Source of the DNA: Thermoproteota archaeon
Lineage (GTDB): Archaea > Thermoproteota > Methanomethylicia > Culexarchaeales > Culexarchaeaceae
DNA: 64,000 nucleotides
Assembly (NCBI GenBank): GCA_020833005.1
Contig: JAJHRD010000001.1
Location: forward strand, 4,260 to 68,259
Reading direction: 5' to 3'
Shown here: in pieces, positions 49,367 to 58,822 of the stretch
How positions within the stretch are numbered: the first letter of the stretch is position 1
Layout: the number at the start of each line of letters is the position of its first letter
Translations under genes and position numbers: made by a program
The notes under the pieces: model-generated
Database searches by the model: none
Told to the model about the DNA's origin: nothing
Seen by the model: the letters and a program-made list of their open reading frames with translations, nothing else

Positions 49367-50037
49367 ATGGAAACCACATCCACAAAAACAACCTCAAAAA
49401 CCAATACAACAAGACCACTTAACGAAAGAACTGTCGAATAATAATTGTTACTGGAAATCAGCAATACTTTAAGCTGACCAGTACACTCAAATATATAAGT
49501 GGACTTAAGTACATCGCCAACTCTCAAAACAAAGTTTCCATTAATAGTGCCAGAACCTCTAAAAACCATCAATCTCAAATATATTCTAGAACCAAAATTA
49601 TGCAGTGAAAGTGCTGGTATAAGGTATACGTGATCGCCATACTCATATATTGAGAGACAAGTGCCATTAATCTGAATTAATTGATCATGATATACTTTCG
49701 AAGAGGAAGCATAAACTTGTATGCCTAGAATTGAAGATGTAAAATTCCCTAAACGTACATCATTAACGATGACCATCATATTGCACCGATCATTCAATTC
49801 AATAATATAATGTGAATTGGATATTATGACTGAATCATTGACGAAAGAAAGTTCATCAGCCTCTAACCTCACGTATCTAAAGAAGTCTACCACATTACTA
49901 GATCTTAAATTGCATTCCAAATTTCTCAAATAAACCATTCCATAATGAAGGCACATGAAGGATAATGAGGTAAAAGTCATGAATATAATTAGACTAGTTA
50001 AAATATTTGAAACCCCCTTACAATTTAAATAGCCCAA
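49363..50037 (-). CDS. Pilin-like protein with a class III signal-peptide-like N-terminus
   Basis: MGYLNCKG|VSNILTSLIIFMTF: basic residue, Gly, then a hydrophobic helix. Confidence 0.5.
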   Translation of the reverse strand: MGYLNCKGVSNILTSLIIFMTFTSLSFMCLHYGMVYLRNLECNLRSSNVVDFFRYVRLEADELSFVNDSVIISNSHYIIELNDRCNMMVIVNDVRLGNFTSSILGIQVYASSSKVYHDQLIQINGTCLSIYEYGDHVYLIPALSLHNFGSRIYLRLMVFRGSGTINGNFVLRVGDVLKSTYIFECTGQLKVLLISSNNYYSTVLSLSGLVVLVFEVVFVDVVSI

Positions 50038-50683
50038 TACATTTCACCCCCCTCCAATCAATCACACTAAATGTAAAAGCATGCACATTCAATGGAATAA
50101 CGAAGTGAACCATGTAGCGTCCATCCATTAAACTTTCATAGTCTGGATTGAAAGTGAAGGTGCCCCCATTATAGATGTATGAAACTATGAATACTGGTGG
50201 TTTTAACAGAACTTCAGAATCTCCAAAAACCTCAACAACCATTTTAACATCATTGAATACTGGAACATATGAGTTTGAAAGTGTAATGTTCATTATTTTA
50301 AAGCCGAGAGAGCAATTGTAGCTAAATGTATATTTACATCTATACTTGAAATCATATACTTGTAAGGTGGCTGAAGCCCCTACATACCCATCCTTTAAGA
50401 TGACATTATATGATGACAACTCAATAATTAATGGGTAAAAATCCATAATGTCATGTAAATTTAGGTTTAGACGCTTAATGAATTCTCCACCATCAACATG
50501 AAATACTAATGCATCGCATATTGACCTTTTGAACATCAAATTTAAAGCTTGAATATAATTAGATGAAACATCTACACCTATTCCATAGTATGGGGTAAAA
50601 TAAACCAATTGATAAATTAATGCAACATATAATACTGCAAACAATATTAGAATCTGTCCTCTACATCCAAACTTGCAAGACAA
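50018..50683 (-). CDS. Pilin-like protein with a class III signal-peptide-like N-terminus
   Basis: MSCKFGCRG|QILILFAVLYVALIY. Confidence 0.5.
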   Translation of the reverse strand: MSCKFGCRGQILILFAVLYVALIYQLVYFTPYYGIGVDVSSNYIQALNLMFKRSICDALVFHVDGGEFIKRLNLNLHDIMDFYPLIIELSSYNVILKDGYVGASATLQVYDFKYRCKYTFSYNCSLGFKIMNITLSNSYVPVFNDVKMVVEVFGDSEVLLKPPVFIVSYIYNGGTFTFNPDYESLMDGRYMVHFVIPLNVHAFTFSVIDWRGVKCIGLFKL

Positions 50684-51068
50684 TTATCCTAGTCACCCCC
50701 CTAAACTTCAAAATAAATGGCGTATTGACCATGAAATTGAAACTCTTAGAATTAGAAATGTATGAGAATATCAAATTATGATTATCATCATATACTAGTA
50801 AATTGAAGTTCAATCCCTGTGGGATAAGGGGTTTAATATAACTAACCAATAAACTCCAATCCCCATTATAAACGATTACACTTAAATCCCCACTGGAATC
50901 AAGCGTATATAAAGCGTTAAATGCTATGGATTGAAGATGGAAATAATCCATGGAGTAATTATAATTTATTATTATGGGGATTGTCATACTGAAATATGAG
51001 ATTATCAGCATTGCGAGAAGAACTTCAATTATTCTTGAAAAACCGCGATCAGCCATATTCACCACCAA
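50661..51068 (-). CDS. Pilin-like protein with a class III signal-peptide-like N-terminus
   Basis: MVVNMADRG|FSRIIEVLLAMLIISYF. Confidence 0.55.
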   Translation of the reverse strand: MVVNMADRGFSRIIEVLLAMLIISYFSMTIPIIINYNYSMDYFHLQSIAFNALYTLDSSGDLSVIVYNGDWSLLVSYIKPLIPQGLNFNLLVYDDNHNLIFSYISNSKSFNFMVNTPFILKFRGVTRIIVLQVWM

Positions 51069-51084
51069 GATGCTAAACTATACA

Positions 51085-52389
51085 TCATGATGATTTAGTT
51101 CTATTGAACTCAGACCTCCACATGCCAACACCACCCTCCCCAATCCCAATTTTACATAGCAATAAGTGATGTGCACCGATTCTCAGAAAACTATATGTAA
51201 AACAGTCTTCATCTAGAAATCCTATGGAAACCTTCAATTCTGGAATAAAAGCAACGTGAAATACGCCATTAAAAACGTAAACAACTACGTAGGGGAAACC
51301 AGCATTGGGCAAAGTATTCACATGGATACTCTTATCAAACCATAATAACCAAATGTTATCAGCATTAAACCCTGATAGATATGAACTCCGATAAGATGAA
51401 GATAGAATATTGTTTAATCTTAAGGTAGATGGGTAATTCCATCCACCAAAGTAAACATACACCTTTCCACTTGAACTTAATTTCAAAAATAACCTCACAT
51501 TACTTCCCTGAAATTCTCTTGATAGAGGGACATTGAAAGTGAAATTCTTAACAATAGTGGAATTAACCGTAAAGGAGGAGTTTGCCAAAATGGTTGACCA
51601 ATTGTAATCAGGTCCACATACTCCAAAAATGGTATGGAGATCTCCAAGGCCACTAGCAAATATTGAGAATCCTAAAGAACCATTAGAAATACTAATTGGA
51701 TTGCTAAAGACTCTACTGTAAAATGATATTCCATTCTCATCAAGTAATCTAGTTGATGAAGATCCAAGAACACCATCAACAATGCAATATTCGCCGCCAA
51801 AACTGGATAAATAGAATTGCATTGGCTGTGCGATAATGGAGTTTACTTTGAAATCTCCATATAAACCAATACCAAATAATTGACCATATCTAACAAATAC
51901 AACCATCAATTGAGGCTTAAACTTTAATGGGATACTCCCAAAGCCATTATCCAAAATTATATGATAATTATTTAAAGTTCCATTATAAAACAAGTAGACA
52001 AAAGCTTCACTACCGCAAGGTTTCATGTCGATGACATTGAATGATCGTATAATTATGGATTCATCTTTAAAATCCACCTTAACATCCAGAGGTGGAGAAA
52101 TTTGAATGGAGAATACGTAATCCCCCATGTTAATAGCCCCCCTCAAATACTCGTAATCCAAGTAATAGCCGAAGACTTTAGAGTAATTGGGAGATAGAGC
52201 TTGAAGGATGAATGGATCAATCCTCCCTTCAGGAGCTATTGAGTATAATAAGCGATTGATTACTACATCGTTGGGATATGTTGCCATATGAAGGTATCTA
52301 TCCGCAATGGAGTTCAATATACTTGCACTTGATGAGAATAGTAAGAATATCATGAATCCGGCGAAAACATATTCTACAACGTCTTCCAT
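51085..52389 (-). CDS. 434-aa protein with an N-terminal hydrophobic segment, unknown function (pilus-like operon)
   Basis: MEDVVEYVFAGFMIFLLFSSS. Beta-rich and Asn/Ser/Tyr-rich. Overlaps the upstream gene by 16 nt. Confidence 0.45.
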   Translation of the reverse strand: MEDVVEYVFAGFMIFLLFSSSASILNSIADRYLHMATYPNDVVINRLLYSIAPEGRIDPFILQALSPNYSKVFGYYLDYEYLRGAINMGDYVFSIQISPPLDVKVDFKDESIIIRSFNVIDMKPCGSEAFVYLFYNGTLNNYHIILDNGFGSIPLKFKPQLMVVFVRYGQLFGIGLYGDFKVNSIIAQPMQFYLSSFGGEYCIVDGVLGSSSTRLLDENGISFYSRVFSNPISISNGSLGFSIFASGLGDLHTIFGVCGPDYNWSTILANSSFTVNSTIVKNFTFNVPLSREFQGSNVRLFLKLSSSGKVYVYFGGWNYPSTLRLNNILSSSYRSSYLSGFNADNIWLLWFDKSIHVNTLPNAGFPYVVVYVFNGVFHVAFIPELKVSIGFLDEDCFTYSFLRIGAHHLLLCKIGIGEGGVGMWRSEFNRTKSS

Positions 52390-55300
52390 GAATAATCACC
52401 ATTAACCCATAAACCCTCAAAAATTTCATGTCCAAATGCGTAAATGCTAAACATTATCTTATGAACCCTTCTTGGGAGGGATAGTGGATAGGATTCTATG
52501 ATTCCATGAGTCAATTTCATGGTAACGGATGATGAGTAGAAGAGTTCATCAAACTCATCATAGAATAACATATTCAATGTGCAATTGAAATCCATGAAGC
52601 TCGATTTTGAAGCTAAAGTGAAATTAACAAATCCACCATAAACATTAACATATGACAACACACCAATACTTTCACTCCAACATAAATTGCAGAACTCATC
52701 CACTCTAGAAACCCATGCATTGCCAATATCCCTACAAAGCAACTTAATTACAAAGCTTCGGCAAAATGGTATCTTGAAGGTTATGGAGGCAACCCCCTCA
52801 TCATCAGTTATACAATTAAGTTTGGTGATGACGGTATCATTGCAATGAACAATTAATAGCAACTCTACATGTGCTGGATCACCATTAAAGTAGTGGAACT
52901 TCAATTTGATGTCGAAGGAGAAATCCTTTGCCACAAATTTTAGGATATCACATTGTATACGTTTGAATGGAACAACCACATATGATGAACTTGAATTCGT
53001 AGACCTAATGATGAATGGGGAGTTAACATAATATACGAAGAATTCAAGCGAATCATTGAAGTTAATTGGAGGAACGCTGAATTTTGCATTCCCAAAATCA
53101 TCAATTGGGGAACTCTTAAAATACCCATATGTAGAGTTCAAGATTAGCTCAAGAACCCCTCCCCTAAATCTTAGACTCTCATTGTTGAGATTCCAAGTTA
53201 AATAGAACAGTACATTATTGTAATCATAATCATTATTTACGGTGTAATACACTTTTAACCCATCTACATAGAATCTACTCCTACCAACAATACGTCCAGA
53301 ATCATCTGAAAGGAGGACTTCATAGGAGCCTAAGGGGCAATTTATACCATTTAAATAAACTATAAGTTTACATAATCCATTTTCATCAGTTGATATCGGT
53401 ATTAATGAGATGTTAAATTCACTGAAAACAACTTTCGGGAGTATTAGTGTAAGATTCTTCAGAGGCTGATAATTGATCATGATCCCCATAGCTTCATATG
53501 GTAGGAACCTATACTCCGAATGCCAAGAACCACGCTTCCAGTTGACATAGTACAATTCGATGGATGCAGGCTGCTTAATTTCAATGGAGAACGTACATGA
53601 ATTATCATATGAGTTTGAGAATGCATGTAATGTAAAGTTGAATATCCCAGTTAAATTTAATGATGGAGTTACACGTAGCTCAACAATTTCAACGGGATCA
53701 GAAACAGATATGTAAACTGGGTTCATGGAAAAATTGTATTTGAAGAAGTTTGAGTAACTCGCATCACATGAAACTTCGAGATAAACATAATCGCTGAAAC
53801 CGTTTATGGAAGTTAAGTTAACATGGAATAGTGCATCCTCACCCTTGAGGATGGATATAAATGTTGGGTATATGGAAACATTAAAGTATTGTCCCTGCTT
53901 AACTTCCAATTTAAATGTGTTACTATCAACTATCAATCCATTATCATCAATGCCTCTCACAATCAGGTTGTAAACCCCTTCAATAGCAGAAGGGGGAGCG
54001 TAAACGTCGAGAACAACACTTCTCTCATATGAATTGATGGTTAATGGGTTTGTGGAGAATTGATATGAACAGTTCGGGGGGATACCCTCAACACTTAATT
54101 TGACCACACCACTATAACCATTGATTGGAGTTAAAGTTACATTGTATAATACATGAGACCCCTTTAAGACGCTATTGAAAGTTGGGTTCACCGTAATTGA
54201 ATATGAAGGGGCTACGTAACTTTCAACATTCAACACTATCCTCCTACTCTGACCATCAGAACCTATTGCTGTGAGTTCAATGTAGCAATCACCAACATCA
54301 TAGGGTGTGAAGTCCACGTGGAATTGGAATGGAGGGATCCCAGTGGTATTCCCCACCACATTATAACTAAGCCAATTTGGAACAGGCCCTATTGTAACTT
54401 GCACGGGAAGTCCATAGCCATATAGATCGCCAACATATATGTCAACCCCCCTTACGGAGCCTAATGGTATTCTAATGTAACTGTATGAGGAGCTTATGGA
54501 GAATGATGGTATTGTTAAATTGAAATCTTTTGAAGAAGGTAGGTAGCTACTATCCCCATCAAAAACAACACTTAGAGTTCTCACACCATACTGTATATCA
54601 TTGGGGATAATGTATAGGAATGTAAATGACCCATCAGAGCTAGTATAGTTCGATGATATAAACGTGAAATCCATATACAAATTGATTTTTGCATTTGGAA
54701 TACCACTACCACGACTATTTAGTAAGCGTCCACTCAAGTATATTGGGTCTCCCACATACCCCTTAGATGAACTTATAGAGCCAACAATATATGAACTCTC
54801 AAAATAGCCTATGGACAACGTTATCCTTAAACCATAACTTCCACTATAGAAGTCTGCAAGGGAATATGCATAATCCTCTAAGGCTCCAGTGGCTATGCTT
54901 CTAACAACCATTGTAACTGAAAAGTCAAGTCTATCACCCTTAGAGACACTTAAATCCAAATCTTGATAGACTGAAATGTATTGATCATTAAAAACATATT
55001 GATCTTCACCCGAATAATATAGGGTAAGGGATTTTGAAGCCAATGTAACCCTATAATTCATGAAATCCACATAGACTCCAATGCTGGCTTCAGCTGAATA
55101 TGTGTTGGGGAGACATACGGATTTAACATACAGTTTACCCATAAGCGTATATTTAATCGATAACTTCTTGATAACCCCACTAAACGGTGAAATGAGGTAA
55201 CCTTTAAAAATTAGAGTTAAATCAGCTTCATTCAATAAAGAACCCACATCCTTCGTGGCGGAACACACCGCTTTAAGTAAACCTCGATTCTTATCATAAC

Positions 55301-55460
55301 TATAAGTGAAGCTCCCAGTACCACAAGTATAGTAGAAGGGTTGAAATTCACTAAATGGTGGAGCAAGAGGATAATACAAGATGCAATTGGAAATGGGAAG
55401 TGAAAGCAATAATGTTAGTATGATCATTAACGGTAGAAACAGAAACCCCTTCCTCACCAT
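52374..55460 (-). CDS. Giant (about 1028 aa) secreted or pilin-like adhesin candidate with Ig-like repeats
   Basis: Preferred start MVRKG|FLFLPLMIILTLLLSL at 55460. Has a CarboxypepD_reg-like segment (GDPIYLSGRLLNSRGSGIPNAKINLY...SSDGSFTF) and two tandem roughly 105-aa repeats (xNPTFxSxLKG...LTxINGxS). Confidence 0.55.
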   Translation of the reverse strand: MVRKGFLFLPLMIILTLLLSLPISNCILYYPLAPPFSEFQPFYYTCGTGSFTYSYDKNRGLLKAVCSATKDVGSLLNEADLTLIFKGYLISPFSGVIKKLSIKYTLMGKLYVKSVCLPNTYSAEASIGVYVDFMNYRVTLASKSLTLYYSGEDQYVFNDQYISVYQDLDLSVSKGDRLDFSVTMVVRSIATGALEDYAYSLADFYSGSYGLRITLSIGYFESSYIVGSISSSKGYVGDPIYLSGRLLNSRGSGIPNAKINLYMDFTFISSNYTSSDGSFTFLYIIPNDIQYGVRTLSVVFDGDSSYLPSSKDFNLTIPSFSISSSYSYIRIPLGSVRGVDIYVGDLYGYGLPVQVTIGPVPNWLSYNVVGNTTGIPPFQFHVDFTPYDVGDCYIELTAIGSDGQSRRIVLNVESYVAPSYSITVNPTFNSVLKGSHVLYNVTLTPINGYSGVVKLSVEGIPPNCSYQFSTNPLTINSYERSVVLDVYAPPSAIEGVYNLIVRGIDDNGLIVDSNTFKLEVKQGQYFNVSIYPTFISILKGEDALFHVNLTSINGFSDYVYLEVSCDASYSNFFKYNFSMNPVYISVSDPVEIVELRVTPSLNLTGIFNFTLHAFSNSYDNSCTFSIEIKQPASIELYYVNWKRGSWHSEYRFLPYEAMGIMINYQPLKNLTLILPKVVFSEFNISLIPISTDENGLCKLIVYLNGINCPLGSYEVLLSDDSGRIVGRSRFYVDGLKVYYTVNNDYDYNNVLFYLTWNLNNESLRFRGGVLELILNSTYGYFKSSPIDDFGNAKFSVPPINFNDSLEFFVYYVNSPFIIRSTNSSSSYVVVPFKRIQCDILKFVAKDFSFDIKLKFHYFNGDPAHVELLLIVHCNDTVITKLNCITDDEGVASITFKIPFCRSFVIKLLCRDIGNAWVSRVDEFCNLCWSESIGVLSYVNVYGGFVNFTLASKSSFMDFNCTLNMLFYDEFDELFYSSSVTMKLTHGIIESYPLSLPRRVHKIMFSIYAFGHEIFEGLWVNGDYSWKTL
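53571..54206 (-). repeat. Two tandem roughly 105-aa protein repeats inside the giant ORF (aa about 433-536 and 539-644 of the track ORF)
   Basis: YSITVNPTFNSVLKGSHVLYNVTLTPINGYSGVVKLSVEG... versus FNVSIYPTFISILKGEDALFHVNLTSINGFSDYVYLEVSC.... Both end in a (K/S)(L/I)E(V/I)KQ motif. Confidence 0.6.
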
Positions 55461-57142
55461 AACCTTACACCACCATAAATTCCAAGGATGCAAATGTAGC
55501 AAGATATCAATGCATGCTTAAACCCCCCAAAAATGGTTCCACTGGAAATCTTCCCAACGAGTATGCCAATGAAGAATGAAGTTAAAATTATCATGGAACT
55601 TATTGTGGAATTCAACTCCATGACCACACTTTTATCAATGCTAAGGAGGATACTTTGACCTGGAATGAGATATCCAGCTCCAAAGAAGCCAAGGAACTTA
55701 ATTAACTGGGAGGAAACGAATATTAGCATGAGCGAAGAAAAGTATCCCACCAAAACATAGAGTTTCAATTCATTTCCAATTCTACGCTTAAATTCATAGT
55801 AATCCCAGCAGAACTTCGAGAGATGTGAAAAAATTTCAGGCCTACCACCCCCAGTGGATATAGCCTCCCCAAAAAGCCAAAACACCCTCTTAGCAAACCA
55901 TGAATTAACCCTAGAAATCAGATCATTGAATATATCAACTATAGACTTCATCGATGATGTCAAAGAGGAATGTATGTTATGAATAATATCATCAAGAAGT
56001 TTACCATAAGACCTACTTAAAGTAAGTGTCAAAGCATTCTCAACACTTAAACCAATCTTAACATAATCTGATATATCCCTAATGAACTTAGGAAGACTTG
56101 AATCGATGGATCTGCATTTAATAGCATTATATTCATGAAATATGCTTAAAGGAACCAATAAAACTGTTGAGGAAAGTGTGAAAAGAAGGGGGAAATCCAC
56201 CCTTAAATTTAGAAGGATAAACAATGTCAAGACAAAGGGAGGGATCGAATAAAGCAATATGCGCTTATAATTACCAAACCTAAATGGGTATTTCAATTGG
56301 CTAGAATCAATTATTATGAAAATCAAAAACGCCATTAATGGAGTAAAGATGAAAGTATAAAGTTTTAGGAATAACAATGCATTAAATGGATTCATAATCA
56401 TAAATATACCAATTAATCCGAGCGGTAGGAAGAGGAATAATGTTACTATGAGATCGCCAAATATGCTCACATCACTGGAGAAATGCTTAAGCTTACTTGA
56501 AAGCCGCTCACCCAATTTAAGTGTATAATCCATTAAAGAAGATGATGGATAACCACCACTCTCAACAGACCTAATATATGAATCGAGATAATCCCTAAAA
56601 TCTTTACATGGATGATTATAAGCCAAGAACTTCATTGATTGCATGGGATCTTTACTGAAAAACTTATAATCAGTTAGGAAGATTTCACTCTCAAATTTAA
56701 ACCATGGAAAAACATTTTGTGAAGATAAACTTTCAAACCCTCTAAATATTGGGACGTGAGATAAACTCAGCATACTAAAATAAGTGGATATGAAGGGAAG
56801 CTCGGATTCAACACCACTGGCACGTAAAGACATCCTAACTCTCGGATAGAGATAGAAGACTAAAAATGCAGAAGACATGCAGAGAGGTGGCAGTATTAAA
56901 AATAGAAATGACGAAAATAACGTTAGAAGAAGAATTGATGCAATTGTGGATGCTGGTAAAATTATTAGTAGGAGGTAAAATAGGAAGATTGAACAATACC
57001 CTTGAGGACTTATCTTCAAACCGGAACGAACTATAATTTCATTTAAATTAAGCTTACGAGAAATTACGTTTGCAAGGTTGCCGAAAATCCTATATGATAG
57101 GGAGATGGGAGTTAATTGAATCATTCTACCTCTCCAAAGCAA
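55454..57142 (-). CDS. Polytopic membrane platform protein of type IV pilus/archaellum systems (FlaJ/TadC/PilC-like)
   Basis: 562 aa. Two blocks of TM segments separated by soluble helical domains. Lies immediately downstream of, and overlapping, the secretion ATPase. Confidence 0.7.
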   Translation of the reverse strand: MLWRGRMIQLTPISLSYRIFGNLANVISRKLNLNEIIVRSGLKISPQGYCSIFLFYLLLIILPASTIASILLLTLFSSFLFLILPPLCMSSAFLVFYLYPRVRMSLRASGVESELPFISTYFSMLSLSHVPIFRGFESLSSQNVFPWFKFESEIFLTDYKFFSKDPMQSMKFLAYNHPCKDFRDYLDSYIRSVESGGYPSSSLMDYTLKLGERLSSKLKHFSSDVSIFGDLIVTLFLFLPLGLIGIFMIMNPFNALLFLKLYTFIFTPLMAFLIFIIIDSSQLKYPFRFGNYKRILLYSIPPFVLTLFILLNLRVDFPLLFTLSSTVLLVPLSIFHEYNAIKCRSIDSSLPKFIRDISDYVKIGLSVENALTLTLSRSYGKLLDDIIHNIHSSLTSSMKSIVDIFNDLISRVNSWFAKRVFWLFGEAISTGGGRPEIFSHLSKFCWDYYEFKRRIGNELKLYVLVGYFSSLMLIFVSSQLIKFLGFFGAGYLIPGQSILLSIDKSVVMELNSTISSMIILTSFFIGILVGKISSGTIFGGFKHALISCYICILGIYGGVRLW

Positions 57143-58709
57143 CCTTAATCACCTCAGACTCCCTCGAATAATAGAAGAGTCTAAGACGATCTATGAAATC
57201 ATCATATTCACGTATACCATGAACATGCAAATCCTCAAGAAACCTCAACCTAACATTCAATTCACGTGAAATATCATTCATTGAAACCCCCCTCTCCTCA
57301 GCAATCTGCCTTATAAGGAAGCTTGAGGATAAAAGTGAATCAATAGTTGATGGTACGAAGACATCACGGGCTGGAATCCATTTGAAAACTTCAACATAAT
57401 CTTCAGGGGACTTTATCTCATAAATGCCCACAACCCTCCTTTTAACACTCTTAAAACCCTCAATCTTCTTCAACACGATGGCACAGTTCATTAATGGAAT
57501 ATATATTGGGGAAACATTCATAGGTGGGGAGGATAGGCGTTTGATTGCAGAAGCTATTGAATCAGCATGCATTGTACACATACATCCATGCCCTGTAGCT
57601 GCAGCTTGAAACAATACATAAGCCTCTTCACCACGAATCTCCCCAACCACAATGTAGTCAGGTCTTTTACGCATAGCCACCTTAACAAGATCAAAAAGTG
57701 AAACCTCAAATTGCTTATCATCCATAAAGTATGCATGCCTAGCTATAAGTGGCTCCCAACCCTTAACTGGAATTTTAATTTCAGGAACATCCTCAATGGA
57801 GTCAACAGACCAGTTTGGTTTAAACAATGCACTTAAAGCGGATAATAGGGTTGTCTTACCACTCGCAGTACCCCCAAGTATAAATATGTTCTTCCTATTT
57901 TCAATAAGCAACCATAAATAGCAAGCCATAAGAGGACTCAATGTTGAGAAATCATATATTAAATGCATAACGGTATATGGTTTCTCCCTAAACTTCCTGA
58001 TGCAAATGTTTGTGGATTTAGCGCTAACCTCCCTTCCATAGCATATTGAAACCCTATGCCTATCAGGTAGTATGGCATCAACTATTGGAAAAGCTATGGA
58101 GACATGCTTACCACACATGTGTGTAAGCTTAGAAGCCAGTGAATTCAACTCATATTCATTTAAAACGATATTAGTTGTAAGCCAATCCATATGCCCAAAC
58201 CTCCTATGCCAAACCATAAATGGAGTATCTGGACCAACACATTTAATATCCTCAATCTCCGGATCTTGAATTAACGGCTCAATATAACCATAACCCAAGT
58301 CTCTAGCTATATAATATGCAACACGATTCAAACTTAATTCATAAAGGTCTTTAAATCCATAATTCTCAGCCACCCTAAGTATCTGCTCATGTATATAACT
58401 GAATAAGTCGACATTAGAACCCAAAGTAGGGGGCATCTTAAATTCAAATCGCAATATCTTAGACAATTCCCTGTAAACCTTCAATTCCAAATCCATAAGC
58501 TCAGGTTCAAACACCATGTATAATCCTTCACCATCATTTTCTACAATAACCACATTAACCTGATCATTACAAACCTTATACGATGCAAGTATCGTGGCAT
58601 CTACTGGAACCTTAGATCTAAAAATCTTAAAATCAGCAGGATACTCCATATATGAAGACCCACGCTTAAAGAAACGTTTAAATAACATTATCCGCAAATC
58701 CCCTCTCAT
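57126..58709 (-). CDS. Type II/IV secretion-family ATPase (FlaI/PilB/VirB11-like)
   Basis: Walker A GGTASGKTT, Walker B-like DYIVVGEIRGEEA, His-box-like GHGCMCTMHA. Confidence 0.85.
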   Translation of the reverse strand: MRGDLRIMLFKRFFKRGSSYMEYPADFKIFRSKVPVDATILASYKVCNDQVNVVIVENDGEGLYMVFEPELMDLELKVYRELSKILRFEFKMPPTLGSNVDLFSYIHEQILRVAENYGFKDLYELSLNRVAYYIARDLGYGYIEPLIQDPEIEDIKCVGPDTPFMVWHRRFGHMDWLTTNIVLNEYELNSLASKLTHMCGKHVSIAFPIVDAILPDRHRVSICYGREVSAKSTNICIRKFREKPYTVMHLIYDFSTLSPLMACYLWLLIENRKNIFILGGTASGKTTLLSALSALFKPNWSVDSIEDVPEIKIPVKGWEPLIARHAYFMDDKQFEVSLFDLVKVAMRKRPDYIVVGEIRGEEAYVLFQAAATGHGCMCTMHADSIASAIKRLSSPPMNVSPIYIPLMNCAIVLKKIEGFKSVKRRVVGIYEIKSPEDYVEVFKWIPARDVFVPSTIDSLLSSSFLIRQIAEERGVSMNDISRELNVRLRFLEDLHVHGIREYDDFIDRLRLFYYSRESEVIKVALER

Positions 58710-58822
58710 CCAAAATTAGAAGTGAAAATAACGTATTTAAAACCAAAAACGTCATGCAATATAAACGCCATACATACTACAACAGCATTTTAATACCAAA
58801 ACATATAGCAAAAAGGTGAAGT

